Origin: a virus | Lineage: Duplodnaviria; Caudoviricetes | Reading direction: 5' to 3' (one strand) | IMG/VR virus record: IMGVR_UViG_3300026187_001902 | Span: 1-33,276 of that record | Length of the DNA: 33,276 nucleotides | Shown: positions 17,777 to 25,938 of the stretch, piece by piece | Numbering within the stretch: the first letter of the stretch is position 1 | Layout of the letters: each line of letters begins with the position of its first letter | Position numbers and translations under genes: made by a program | The notes under the pieces: model-generated | Seen by the model: the letters and a program-made list of their open reading frames with translations, nothing else | Databases searched by the model: none | Told to the model about the DNA's origin: nothing

Positions 17777-18702
17777 TTTTTAAAGTAATTATATGATTCT
17801 AATATATCTGATAATTCTTCTTTAGAAACACAAACTTGGTCGCTGGTGAACTCTTTGTTAACACCACCCTCACTTAATTTCTTATAATGCATATAAAATA
17901 CATCAGTTTCCGATTCATATGTAGTACGAGGTGCTTCTTCATTGGATATCATCATTTCATGTAACTTTTCAGAAATACGTGGTACTCCCATTTTGTATTT
18001 TAATCCGAACTTTTCAGAATATATTTCAAACAAATCTTTTACTAAAAATGAGTTGAGGTTTGGTATTACATTGTAACCATCACACCCTAAAGCATACTCA
18101 ATTAAATTAATTGCTTCTTCAATATCAATCATAAACCGGGTCATTTTATCTGAGTAAAGTGTTAGTTCATAATCATTCTCAATAGCATCCCAAATTAAAG
18201 GTATTACACTTCCAGTTGAATTAAGTACGTTACCATAGATTGCTGATGATAATCTGACTAATGAATTATCGGAATTAACTATAAAACTCTCACCTGCTAC
18301 AAACTTCATTGCACCATATAGGGTAGTTGCAGCACGAGATTTATCACTTGATATAAAACACGCCGCTTCAAACTCATTCTCTTCAGCAACCCTTCTAGAA
18401 TTTAATGCACCGTCGACAATAATCCTTGCAGATTCTTCTACATTCTGGTCGACTGCTCCAATCTGTTTTAAGGATGCAGCAAATATTCCAATGTTACACC
18501 CCTTAGATGCACGTTTCATAAGGTCATAGTTTCGAATATCACCTACAACACATTTTATTTTTGGAAATTGCTTTTTCAAATAATAGTGTTTTGATTCATC
18601 TCTTGAATAAACCACAATTTCATTGTGTTCATAATAACGTTTTACAATGTTACGTCCTAAAAACCCGGCACCACCAGTTATGAATATTTTATTACCTCTC
18701 AT
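17773..18702 (-). CDS. fnlA: UDP-GlcNAc 4,6-dehydratase/5-epimerase (FnlA/CapE/PseB family)
   Basis: ITGGAGFLG, YSRDESK, GDIRN, AASLKQI, SSDKS...YGAMK, YGNVLNSTGSVIP, MTRF, EKLHE. Adjacent to the FnlB homolog. Confidence 0.75.
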   Translation of the reverse strand: MRGNKIFITGGAGFLGRNIVKRYYEHNEIVVYSRDESKHYYLKKQFPKIKCVVGDIRNYDLMKRASKGCNIGIFAASLKQIGAVDQNVEESARIIVDGALNSRRVAEENEFEAACFISSDKSRAATTLYGAMKFVAGESFIVNSDNSLVRLSSAIYGNVLNSTGSVIPLIWDAIENDYELTLYSDKMTRFMIDIEEAINLIEYALGCDGYNVIPNLNSFLVKDLFEIYSEKFGLKYKMGVPRISEKLHEMMISNEEAPRTTYESETDVFYMHYKKLSEGGVNKEFTSDQVCVSKEELSDILESYNYFKK

Positions 18703-18704
18703 AT

Positions 18705-19628
18705 TTACATATAATTTATTAAATCTACAAAGTTGCCCGTTTTAAACGGGTCTTTTCTTGGCTTACCATCTAAATTAACACCATGTATCTTACCATACGT
18801 TTTATGACTTAGTGCGTATGTTGGTGAGTATTTAGCACCCCATAAAGTCATACCACTTTCATTACCAACATTTACATCTGCATTAGTTTTTAGATACATT
18901 TGCTGTCTAATGTTAAGATTCATATCTTTAACTGATGTATAATTTTTAACAAAATTCAAGTTGGTATCTTCAATAGGAGTTTCACCATAGTAAAACCAAT
19001 GAATATCACCATACTCCTTTACCTTATCTACTAAAGGTTGAGTATCTGCTGTACTACCATATGTGGATGATACACTAATATACCCATAATTTTTTAAATT
19101 TTCAATTAATTTTTTACCAAATTCTTCTTCTTCTTTTGAAAAGTAAATATCTGGTGTTGTATCTGATAATTCCGTATCATCAAACTGCCAAAACTTCATC
19201 ATTTGTGTTGTTAGCGGAATCTTTGAATTTTCAGAATCAAATATCCTATAATGGTCGTGGAAAACCTCACCATCTACATAATCTACAAACTCATCTACAT
19301 ATGGGTTGTTTTTAAAAATATCTTCAGTAACTTTAGTAGCATCATATAAACCATACCCCCAATTCTGCATCATATCACCAAATATATCTTTTAACATTTT
19401 AGAAGATGGTACATATACTTTACAATTTGGATATTTTGATTTTAGTATTCTTGGTATGCCTGATATGATACACCAATCTCCAATACCATGACAGGTTCTC
19501 ATAACTAAGAACTCACCTGCTTCTAAGTATTCATCGGGTATATACATTGGATTTGTTTTATCAAACCCAACTAAATCTACTTCACCTGCGCTACTTAATT
19601 TGTTACTATTAATTCTAAAAAAATGCAT
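18705..19628 (-). CDS. GT9-like (heptosyltransferase-fold) glycosyltransferase
   Basis: HGIGDW...LKSKYPNCKVYV, NNPYVDE, PDIYFS, VGNESG. Confidence 0.7.
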   Translation of the reverse strand: MHFFRINSNKLSSAGEVDLVGFDKTNPMYIPDEYLEAGEFLVMRTCHGIGDWCIISGIPRILKSKYPNCKVYVPSSKMLKDIFGDMMQNWGYGLYDATKVTEDIFKNNPYVDEFVDYVDGEVFHDHYRIFDSENSKIPLTTQMMKFWQFDDTELSDTTPDIYFSKEEEEFGKKLIENLKNYGYISVSSTYGSTADTQPLVDKVKEYGDIHWFYYGETPIEDTNLNFVKNYTSVKDMNLNIRQQMYLKTNADVNVGNESGMTLWGAKYSPTYALSHKTYGKIHGVNLDGKPRKDPFKTGNFVDLINYM

Positions 19629-19631
19629 AGT

Positions 19632-20252
19632 TTACAAAGTATCGTAATACTCGTTTTGTTTTTCTTGTCTTTCGATTGTTTTTGGATGATGTAGTGCTAA
19701 CTCTTCTTGAAGTGGTAAATGTGATATGGTTTTGAATCCATCTAATTGTTCGTGCACTTTATTAATCCATTTGATATTATCTGAGTTTTTATACAATCTC
19801 CATTGCATATCAGGCCAGTTTACCCAACCATCTGAATTTACGTTCCAACCCCACTTTTGAATATGCTCATCAGTAAGTCCTGCGACTGTATTCACTCTTG
19901 GAACTAAGATTACATCCACATCATTCAATTCTAATATACCATGTATATTTTCCATCAACCCAATATCGGGTAGCTCATCTGCATCAATCTGAAAAATGTA
20001 ATCACCGCTACACAATGAATTTAGTTTATTTTTCATATTACCAAAATGACCATCGAATTCATTTGGATGCCATTGGAACTCTGCGTTTACAGAATGACTT
20101 CTTAGATAATCTTCTACTGCTTTACTACCATTTTTTGAATCAAACATTATTACAATCTCATCATTAGATTGTTTGTATTTTAATAAAAATGATACTAATC
20201 TTTGAATTTCTACGTGTTCATTACAAACTGGAATTGCGTAACTAATTTTCAT
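19632..20252 (-). CDS. Glycosyltransferase family 2
   Basis: ISYAIPVCNE, IFQIDADE, WPDMQWRL, WINKVHE. Confidence 0.88.
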   Translation of the reverse strand: MKISYAIPVCNEHVEIQRLVSFLLKYKQSNDEIVIMFDSKNGSKAVEDYLRSHSVNAEFQWHPNEFDGHFGNMKNKLNSLCSGDYIFQIDADELPDIGLMENIHGILELNDVDVILVPRVNTVAGLTDEHIQKWGWNVNSDGWVNWPDMQWRLYKNSDNIKWINKVHEQLDGFKTISHLPLQEELALHHPKTIERQEKQNEYYDTL

Positions 20253-20253
20253 T

Positions 20254-20769
20254 TTACTTTACTTTGTTTTGTTCTTGTTGTTCTCGTATTCTGGCCTCTT
20301 CTTCTAATTGCTTTCTACGTTCATCTGCAGATGGAATCTTATCAAATTTACCCCAATCATAGTTTACTGCCTGAACTGATTTAATATCCAATAGATTGAA
20401 TGTACGATACGCAGCCTTCAGTTGTTTTTCGGTTTTAATCTCTGATGTATAAAACACCTTAGATGCTTCATTGATTTGAATTTTAGCCAAATCTAATCGT
20501 TTAACCTTTGAAGATTTTGACATCACCTCATTATAGATTTCTGCTATTTCTAATAATTTACCAGGAGATACTGCATCTAAGGATAACCCATGTAACTTAC
20601 CTTCAGTTGTATTAGGCCATTTTGGTTGTAGTACAAATACGAGATACAACTTTGTACCTGTATCTTTTTTGTACTTAATCTTAACTACCATACCCCTCTC
20701 CATCTTAGATTTACTAATCGGAGTGGGGTCTGATGTTTTTCTTAGATGTGTATTGTAGTATCCTGGCAT
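20254..20769 (-). CDS. Basic hypothetical phage protein
   Basis: 171 aa, K-rich, tightly packed against both neighbours. Only a faint resemblance to T4 gp2-like proteins. Confidence 0.7.
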   Translation of the reverse strand: MPGYYNTHLRKTSDPTPISKSKMERGMVVKIKYKKDTGTKLYLVFVLQPKWPNTTEGKLHGLSLDAVSPGKLLEIAEIYNEVMSKSSKVKRLDLAKIQINEASKVFYTSEIKTEKQLKAAYRTFNLLDIKSVQAVNYDWGKFDKIPSADERRKQLEEEARIREQQEQNKVK

Positions 20770-22109
20770 TACTTAACCTTTTTTAATTTAGGTAATTTAA
20801 CCTCAGGTTTCTCTTCTTTATTAACCTTCTTTAACTTTGGTAGTTTTAAACCAACCTGTTGTGGTTGTTCTTTGATATCCATCGTACTCTCATCAAACAA
20901 TACACCAATACGTTCTATCATTTTATCAAATGAGAAGTTATCTTTACTATACTTACGATGTTTACGAGATTTCTCTAAATACTTTTTATAGTTATCTACC
21001 ATATCTCTCATAATAGAACCACCTTGATTGTAATCTGCAGTAAACCACTCACCCTCTTTTACTAAGAATTTATCTGCTGCTGATTTGTGAACCTTTTCCA
21101 ACTTACCATTAATAACTGAAACGTATTCTGGATTAATGAAATCCATATGTCCACTCCACCCACTAACAATCATTGGTTTACCACTAATAGTTGCTTCCAA
21201 TAAAGGTCTACCAAAACCTTCACCTCTTGTAAATGATACATGGGCTTTAACCTTTGGATGATTGTACAATGCATTCATCTCCCAATCACTTAAATCTGAA
21301 TGTAGTAAGTAAATATTAGGTAACATTTTACCACCCACACTATCTTTTATTTGTTCGATGATTTTTCTCAACTTAACTCTATCTACTAATGATGTAGAAC
21401 CTGCTGATGTTTTAAGAATTAGGGCTGGTTGTTTTTTCTTATTTTTAAATGCTTGTAAAAATGTCCAAATTAAACCACTCACATTCTTTCTATCTTGTTG
21501 AAAATCTCCCTTTAACCAATGTCCCACAAATAAGAACGCAAAATCTTCGTTTATATTTCTTAGTGCGTTATTAATACGTTCTTCAGATGGTGCTTTCTCA
21601 TTATATACTTCTAAATCAATACCCTCAAATAGAACCTCAACTGGTACATTACATTTCAGTTGGCCAATCAATTGATTTGTTTTTTCATCTTTCTTATCAT
21701 ACACAGAACTCATAATTACCTGTTTTGTAAACTCAGATGATACCAATACCTTATTCATACGATTGATACCTTCTAAACATTCAGGTGGCATGATTGTAGT
21801 TTCAACTCCTGCAGTTATACCAATACTGTACTTACCAACCGGCTGAAACTCATTAGGTACTGTGATTTGAATCCACACATCTGGTTGAGTTTCCATTTTC
21901 TCAGTAATGATTCTACTTAACAAATCATCATCTTCATCTTCTTTGAGAGCATCCATAGCAGTTTGTCCCCATCTCTGAGAAAGGATTCGGATATCCCATT
22001 CAGGTTTTGATTCAATCAAACCTCTTACAAAATCCCTACTTCGTGCACCATATCCACTTCGAGTTGAGATAGGACAACTCACTACACATAATTTTTTTAT
22101 ATCTTCCAT
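20769..22109 (-). CDS. GT4 (GT-B) glycosyltransferase
   Basis: RSGYG, FLFVGHW..DRKNV, RGEGFGRPLLEA..GKP..SGWSGHMDF. Confidence 0.88.
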   Translation of the reverse strand: MEDIKKLCVVSCPISTRSGYGARSRDFVRGLIESKPEWDIRILSQRWGQTAMDALKEDEDDDLLSRIITEKMETQPDVWIQITVPNEFQPVGKYSIGITAGVETTIMPPECLEGINRMNKVLVSSEFTKQVIMSSVYDKKDEKTNQLIGQLKCNVPVEVLFEGIDLEVYNEKAPSEERINNALRNINEDFAFLFVGHWLKGDFQQDRKNVSGLIWTFLQAFKNKKKQPALILKTSAGSTSLVDRVKLRKIIEQIKDSVGGKMLPNIYLLHSDLSDWEMNALYNHPKVKAHVSFTRGEGFGRPLLEATISGKPMIVSGWSGHMDFINPEYVSVINGKLEKVHKSAADKFLVKEGEWFTADYNQGGSIMRDMVDNYKKYLEKSRKHRKYSKDNFSFDKMIERIGVLFDESTMDIKEQPQQVGLKLPKLKKVNKEEKPEVKLPKLKKVK

Positions 22110-23485
22110 AATACTACTTCATTTTTTGGTTGCCATTTATCAAACACACCATCCATTGAATCAATGAATCGTTGCCCCATATGTCTTGCACTCATTCCAC
22201 TTTCTACTGAATTCACCCATTCAGAACCTTCCAAACCACATTCAGTTCTACGTTCAGATGGTGTATCGTACCACTGTCTTAGTGCCTTAGCAGCATCTTC
22301 ATAAGAACATCTATCATCAAAAATGTATGGAGTTACAGGTGAACCTTGTAGTGAACGATTAGATGGCCAGATTGGGTTTACCCAACTACCCCAACTAAGA
22401 TTCTCAGGTAACTTTTTACGATTGTGAAGTGAACCTAACTCAACATATTGGTCTGCTGTAATATACTTACCATCGATAGTAAAGTTACATTGGTCTTGCA
22501 ACCCACCTGTTACATTCACTACGATTGGTGTACCTGCTTTTACTGATTCACAAGTCGCCAATCCAAATCCTTCGTTTGATGCCATATTGATTGTAACATC
22601 TGCAAGATTATATAGAACATTCAAATCTTCAGTTGAGAACTGAGAGTTTGTGAATTGTACATCATAATCAGGACAAACGTTCTTAACCACTTCAGGTAAA
22701 TCAGTACCATTTGGGTCTACTTGCTGAGTATGGAATAGAAGAACTACATCTTTTGCCTGCTCTTTAGTTAGTGTATCACAAAACTCTTTGTATGCCAATA
22801 CCACATCACCTGGATTCTTTCTACGAATGTTTCGGTTGTTATAAAGAACCACAAACTTCTTATCACCAATATTTAATTTGGATTTCATATCAACCACTTT
22901 CTGATACTCATTTGAATCAGATGGAATTGGTTTAAACTTTTCAGATACACCATGTGGTACATATTGAATCTGCCAATCTTCCATTGGCATTCCAAATTTA
23001 TCCATCACTCTCTTATTGATACCATAGGTTTGTTTAGAAATACCCATTAATAAATCACAACTTCCATAGAATGGTGCGTTCCATTGTGGGTCTGGTAAAT
23101 CATCCCAAATGTTATAATAGAATATGGGGATGTGTCTACGGATTTCATCTTCCATAGCGTATAACCAATCCCAAAAACGAGGGTCGGTGAAGTGTAGAAT
23201 CGCATCTGGATTCTCAGTAGTTATTAATTGTCTAATTAAGTCCTGATTACCATACCCACTCATTGGAATGATACGAACATTTGCGTTATCAATACCCGCC
23301 TCTTCATTTACTGAATCTGATACATCGAAGAATTTACCCTCATCTGGATGTTTAACTGCTGCACCTACCTGAATCCAATCGTATTTATGTGAGGTATGTA
23401 GTACAATCTCCTTTGACATGGTTGCAATACCACTATGCAACCTTAAATCATCGGATAATAATAGAATCTTTTTCTTTTTACTCAT
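22097..23485 (-). CDS. GT4 (GT-B) glycosyltransferase
   Basis: KILLLSDD..SGIA, VPHGV, NRNIRRK, SNEGFGLATCES..GTPIV...GGLQDQ. Confidence 0.88.
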   Translation of the reverse strand: MSKKKKILLLSDDLRLHSGIATMSKEIVLHTSHKYDWIQVGAAVKHPDEGKFFDVSDSVNEEAGIDNANVRIIPMSGYGNQDLIRQLITTENPDAILHFTDPRFWDWLYAMEDEIRRHIPIFYYNIWDDLPDPQWNAPFYGSCDLLMGISKQTYGINKRVMDKFGMPMEDWQIQYVPHGVSEKFKPIPSDSNEYQKVVDMKSKLNIGDKKFVVLYNNRNIRRKNPGDVVLAYKEFCDTLTKEQAKDVVLLFHTQQVDPNGTDLPEVVKNVCPDYDVQFTNSQFSTEDLNVLYNLADVTINMASNEGFGLATCESVKAGTPIVVNVTGGLQDQCNFTIDGKYITADQYVELGSLHNRKKLPENLSWGSWVNPIWPSNRSLQGSPVTPYIFDDRCSYEDAAKALRQWYDTPSERRTECGLEGSEWVNSVESGMSARHMGQRFIDSMDGVFDKWQPKNEVVLWKI

Positions 23486-23507
23486 TTCGTAACCTTAATT
23501 ATTTTAA

Positions 23508-23515
23508 TATAAATA
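23508..23515 (-). promoter_or_regulatory. TATTTATA candidate late-promoter element
   Basis: Intergenic, 22 nt upstream of the GT4 ATG. Identical to the element at 4813-4820. Confidence 0.4.
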
Positions 23516-23530
23516 TTGAAGTATATTTAA

Positions 23531-23926
23531 TCAACTCAAATATACAACTTTTTTTCCAAATCTCAAAAGTAATTTTTCAAAATATTTTTGTTCTGATGGT
23601 TTGATTCCACCAAAGTAGATAATCTTATCGGAATGCTTTACAATACAATCATATTGGTGTAACCTTTGTGTTGGGTGAAATGGTTTATCATAATACTCAT
23701 CACTCATTCCACTATATAAATTTCTACCAGTATGTGCTGGATTGTACTCCGTATATCTAAAACCAAACTCTAAAGCATATTTTCTAACCCACTTCTCACA
23801 TCCATCTTTGTTACCTCTCGTTATGATATTAACATCAGTACCTAACTTTTGTTTGATGTTGAATAGAAAATCCCTAATAGTTCTAACACTATCATATTTA
23901 GGTGAACCTATAATTGCTATGTTCAT
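23531..23926 (-). CDS. YspA/SLOG-superfamily-like protein
   Basis: MNIAIIGS..Y...IITRGNKDGCEKWVRKYA...IVKHSDKIIYFG resembles the SLOG GSR / GGAxGAD motifs in degenerate form. Start moved to ATG 23926. Confidence 0.6.
   Translation of the reverse strand: MNIAIIGSPKYDSVRTIRDFLFNIKQKLGTDVNIITRGNKDGCEKWVRKYALEFGFRYTEYNPAHTGRNLYSGMSDEYYDKPFHPTQRLHQYDCIVKHSDKIIYFGGIKPSEQKYFEKLLLRFGKKVVYLS
23537..23567 (-). promoter_or_regulatory. Bacteroidota sigma70-type promoter (TTTG-N19-TATATTTG) inside the 3' end of the SLOG gene
   Basis: Consensus match upstream of the first gene of the glycan island. Confidence 0.55.
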
Positions 23927-23981
23927 ATCATCATCATTTCCATTTGATATTCTTTTATATGATACGCGAGTTTTGTTTGAA

Positions 23982-24557
23982 CTACTTTTGAAATTTCTCA
24001 CGTAATTTTTCATTCGCTATAACCCTTTTTAATGATTGTATATAATTTGGTGCTTCTGCATAACTTCTGGATAGGTACTGAAAATACTCTTCTTCAGTTT
24101 TAAGGCCACCCAAATACCTACATTGGTAAAATGCATAATCATACACCGATTCTCTCCAATTCTCATAGTATGCGTGGTTATGTTGAGTTCCCTTTGCGGT
24201 ATGAACTCTTACATACGCCTCTTTCATTCCAAATAGATTGTGGTTCTCTATAAAGATTCTACTAGTCCAATGACCCGTTTCTACAATTGATTGTGCTAAC
24301 ACAATATGTGGAAACTTTACATTTAGTTCCTTTAACATACCAATTAAAGTATCCTCACTAAATGCTCGTTCATTTTGATTTATAACAATCAATCGTTCTT
24401 CTGGTGTAATGGTTTCTAAAACCACCTGCCTATCTGAATTATGTGTTAGTAGGAAAGTACCTAAAACTAAAAAGGTTGTATATCCCAACAACCCAATAAT
24501 GAACTTTCGGTTGATGTTTTTAAACTCCAACCCCTTTTTACAATAAAAGTACAACAT
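23982..24557 (-). CDS. Membrane-anchored GH73 glucosaminidase/muramidase-like peptidoglycan hydrolase
   Basis: N-terminal TM FIIGLLGYTTFLVLGTFLL. Motifs LAQSIVETG, HNLFGMK, YENWRESVYDY, YAEAPNY. Start moved to ATG 24557 to avoid overlap with the nuclease. Confidence 0.82.
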   Translation of the reverse strand: MLYFYCKKGLEFKNINRKFIIGLLGYTTFLVLGTFLLTHNSDRQVVLETITPEERLIVINQNERAFSEDTLIGMLKELNVKFPHIVLAQSIVETGHWTSRIFIENHNLFGMKEAYVRVHTAKGTQHNHAYYENWRESVYDYAFYQCRYLGGLKTEEEYFQYLSRSYAEAPNYIQSLKRVIANEKLREKFQK

Positions 24558-24567
24558 ATATCTAAAT

Positions 24568-25515
24568 TTAAACTTTGTGTCTATTCTCTTTAGGACATTT
24601 ATCAAAATCATTTTTGAAAGGACAGTATTTACAATTCTTATTGTTCTTACCCGCCATTGCTGGAAACTCAGATTCGGTTCTGTAACTACCATCTTCATTA
24701 AATGCGTTTCTGATAAAATCCTCAAAACTTTTAGTTATCTTATTTAATGTAGGTTTACCATTTGCAGGTACAAATTCTTGTACTCTCTTCTGAGCAAACA
24801 TCATACCTTCCATTAACTTACGTTTTACAATAAAGTACTTAACATCAATCCTATCTAATGGATATCCGTATTGTTCAGATAAGAACTTTTTATACAATAC
24901 CAACTGAGCGGTTTTTGTTTTATCAGCTTTCTGATATTTGTTCCACCCATTTGTTGATGTTTTGATATCCCAAATAACCAATTTGTTTTGATATGTATCC
25001 TCAAATACTAAATCTAAGAACCCCATCATATTAACATTGTGAGATTCTAATGCTTTAGCGTAGATTGGTAACTCAATTGCAACTAAGTTTAGCTGACGGG
25101 TATTGAAGTAATCAATTCTATTCTTTGTAATATAATTAAGAATTTCAATTCCATCTTCTAAGAACTCTTCCATTTGAGATGGTGAACTGAATTCCACTCC
25201 AGTTTGTTCACGCATCTTCTTATACTCTTCAATCATACTTTCATATAATAACTTACCCAAATCCATCTCAGTTGCTTCTTTAGGTGAATTATTATATAGT
25301 ACATCTAACCAACTCTGAAGAGTTTCATGCATTGCAGTTCCGAACACCAAATGTATAGATGGGTCGAATGTACGATTACCATCCATATAATTCAACTTCC
25401 ATTGGTGTGGGCAGTTTGCATACATTGTGTATTGAGAGTAAGATACCTTAGAATCACCAGGTTGTGGTTCTCTTACACCAAATGTGAATATATTGTTTAT
25501 CTTACTATCTTTCAT
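24568..25515 (-). CDS. PD-(D/E)XK nuclease (AddB/Cas4-like, predicted Fe-S)
   Basis: SYSQ...CPHQW, FGTAMHE, E...GFLDLV...WDIKTS, QLVLY, C-terminal CKYCPF...C. Confidence 0.88.
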   Translation of the reverse strand: MKDSKINNIFTFGVREPQPGDSKVSYSQYTMYANCPHQWKLNYMDGNRTFDPSIHLVFGTAMHETLQSWLDVLYNNSPKEATEMDLGKLLYESMIEEYKKMREQTGVEFSSPSQMEEFLEDGIEILNYITKNRIDYFNTRQLNLVAIELPIYAKALESHNVNMMGFLDLVFEDTYQNKLVIWDIKTSTNGWNKYQKADKTKTAQLVLYKKFLSEQYGYPLDRIDVKYFIVKRKLMEGMMFAQKRVQEFVPANGKPTLNKITKSFEDFIRNAFNEDGSYRTESEFPAMAGKNNKNCKYCPFKNDFDKCPKENRHKV

Positions 25516-25519
25516 ATTA

Positions 25520-25551
25520 CAAATATACGAATTTTATTTGGATAATCCAAA
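25520..25551 (-). promoter_or_regulatory. Bacteroidota sigma70-type promoter (TTTG-N20-TATATTTG)
   Basis: Exact consensus. Nuclease ATG follows 4 nt after the -7 box. Confidence 0.8.
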
Positions 25552-25563
25552 TTATTTATATTA

Positions 25564-25785
25564 TTATTCATATGATGGGTACATATCTTCCCACCCATCT
25601 ACGGCATTATTATTATAATACCTAGCCTCTTTAGGTTCTACATACTCATCCGGCCAAATAGAATATTGTTCATCTGGAAACATTTCCTCTAAACTACTTA
25701 ACAACTCATTAGCTTCCTCTAATGAAAGTTGAGTTGTATGTTCTTCAGGGTAATTTGTTTCGTTCATTACTTTGTATAATTGCAT
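25564..25785 (-). CDS. Small acidic hypothetical protein
   Basis: 73 aa, E-rich, with its own predicted promoter. Confidence 0.75.
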   Translation of the reverse strand: MQLYKVMNETNYPEEHTTQLSLEEANELLSSLEEMFPDEQYSIWPDEYVEPKEARYYNNNAVDGWEDMYPSYE

Positions 25786-25808
25786 AATTCTCAGTTTTTA
25801 TTACAAAG

Positions 25809-25840
25809 TAAATATACAAAAAAAGCCTGGTATTACCAAG
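25809..25840 (-). promoter_or_regulatory. Promoter variant (CTTG-N20-TATATTTA)
   Basis: Same spacing as the consensus sites. The same box variants occur at 32756-32787. Confidence 0.6.
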
Positions 25841-25845
25841 CTTTT
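25818..25845 (-). terminator. Rho-independent terminator overlapping the promoter
   Basis: Minus strand AAAAGCTTGG-TAATA-CCAGGC-TTTTTTT: a stem with one G-U pair followed by a U7 tract. Confidence 0.65.
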
Positions 25846-25860
25846 AATGTTAAGAAATCG

Positions 25861-25938
25861 TTAATATTTCAAAGGATGTACTGCACGGCTTGTAGTGATT
25901 ATCCCCACTACTAAGGATAGTAATAAATTTCTAATCAT
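25861..25938 (-). CDS. Unannotated 25-aa signal-peptide-like ORF (MIRNLLLSLVVGIITTSRAVHPLKY); possible relic
   Basis: Translated by hand. ATGA overlap with the Nmad1 stop; ends just before the terminator. Confidence 0.4.
   Translation of the reverse strand: MIRNLLLSLVVGIITTSRAVHPLKY

Noticed and set aside
5363-23485. Chromosomal LPS/capsule locus
   Set aside because: No flippase, polymerase, transporter or initiating transferase; flanked by phage replication and lysis genes with the same promoter style.
13697-24725. Long N-terminal extensions in the ORF track (starts at 13792, 14504, 24013, 24725)
   Set aside because: They overlap upstream genes; downstream ATGs at 13696, 14462, 23926 and 24557 match domain starts and gene packing better.
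24568-25515. Cas4-like nuclease as part of a CRISPR-Cas locus
   Set aside because: No repeat-spacer array or other cas genes seen; stand-alone nucleases of this type are common in phages.
25892-25911. GTAGTG...CACTAC hairpin as a tRNA/ncRNA fragment
   Set aside because: Only a 6-bp stem, no cloverleaf or T-loop motif, and it lies within the 25-aa mini-ORF.
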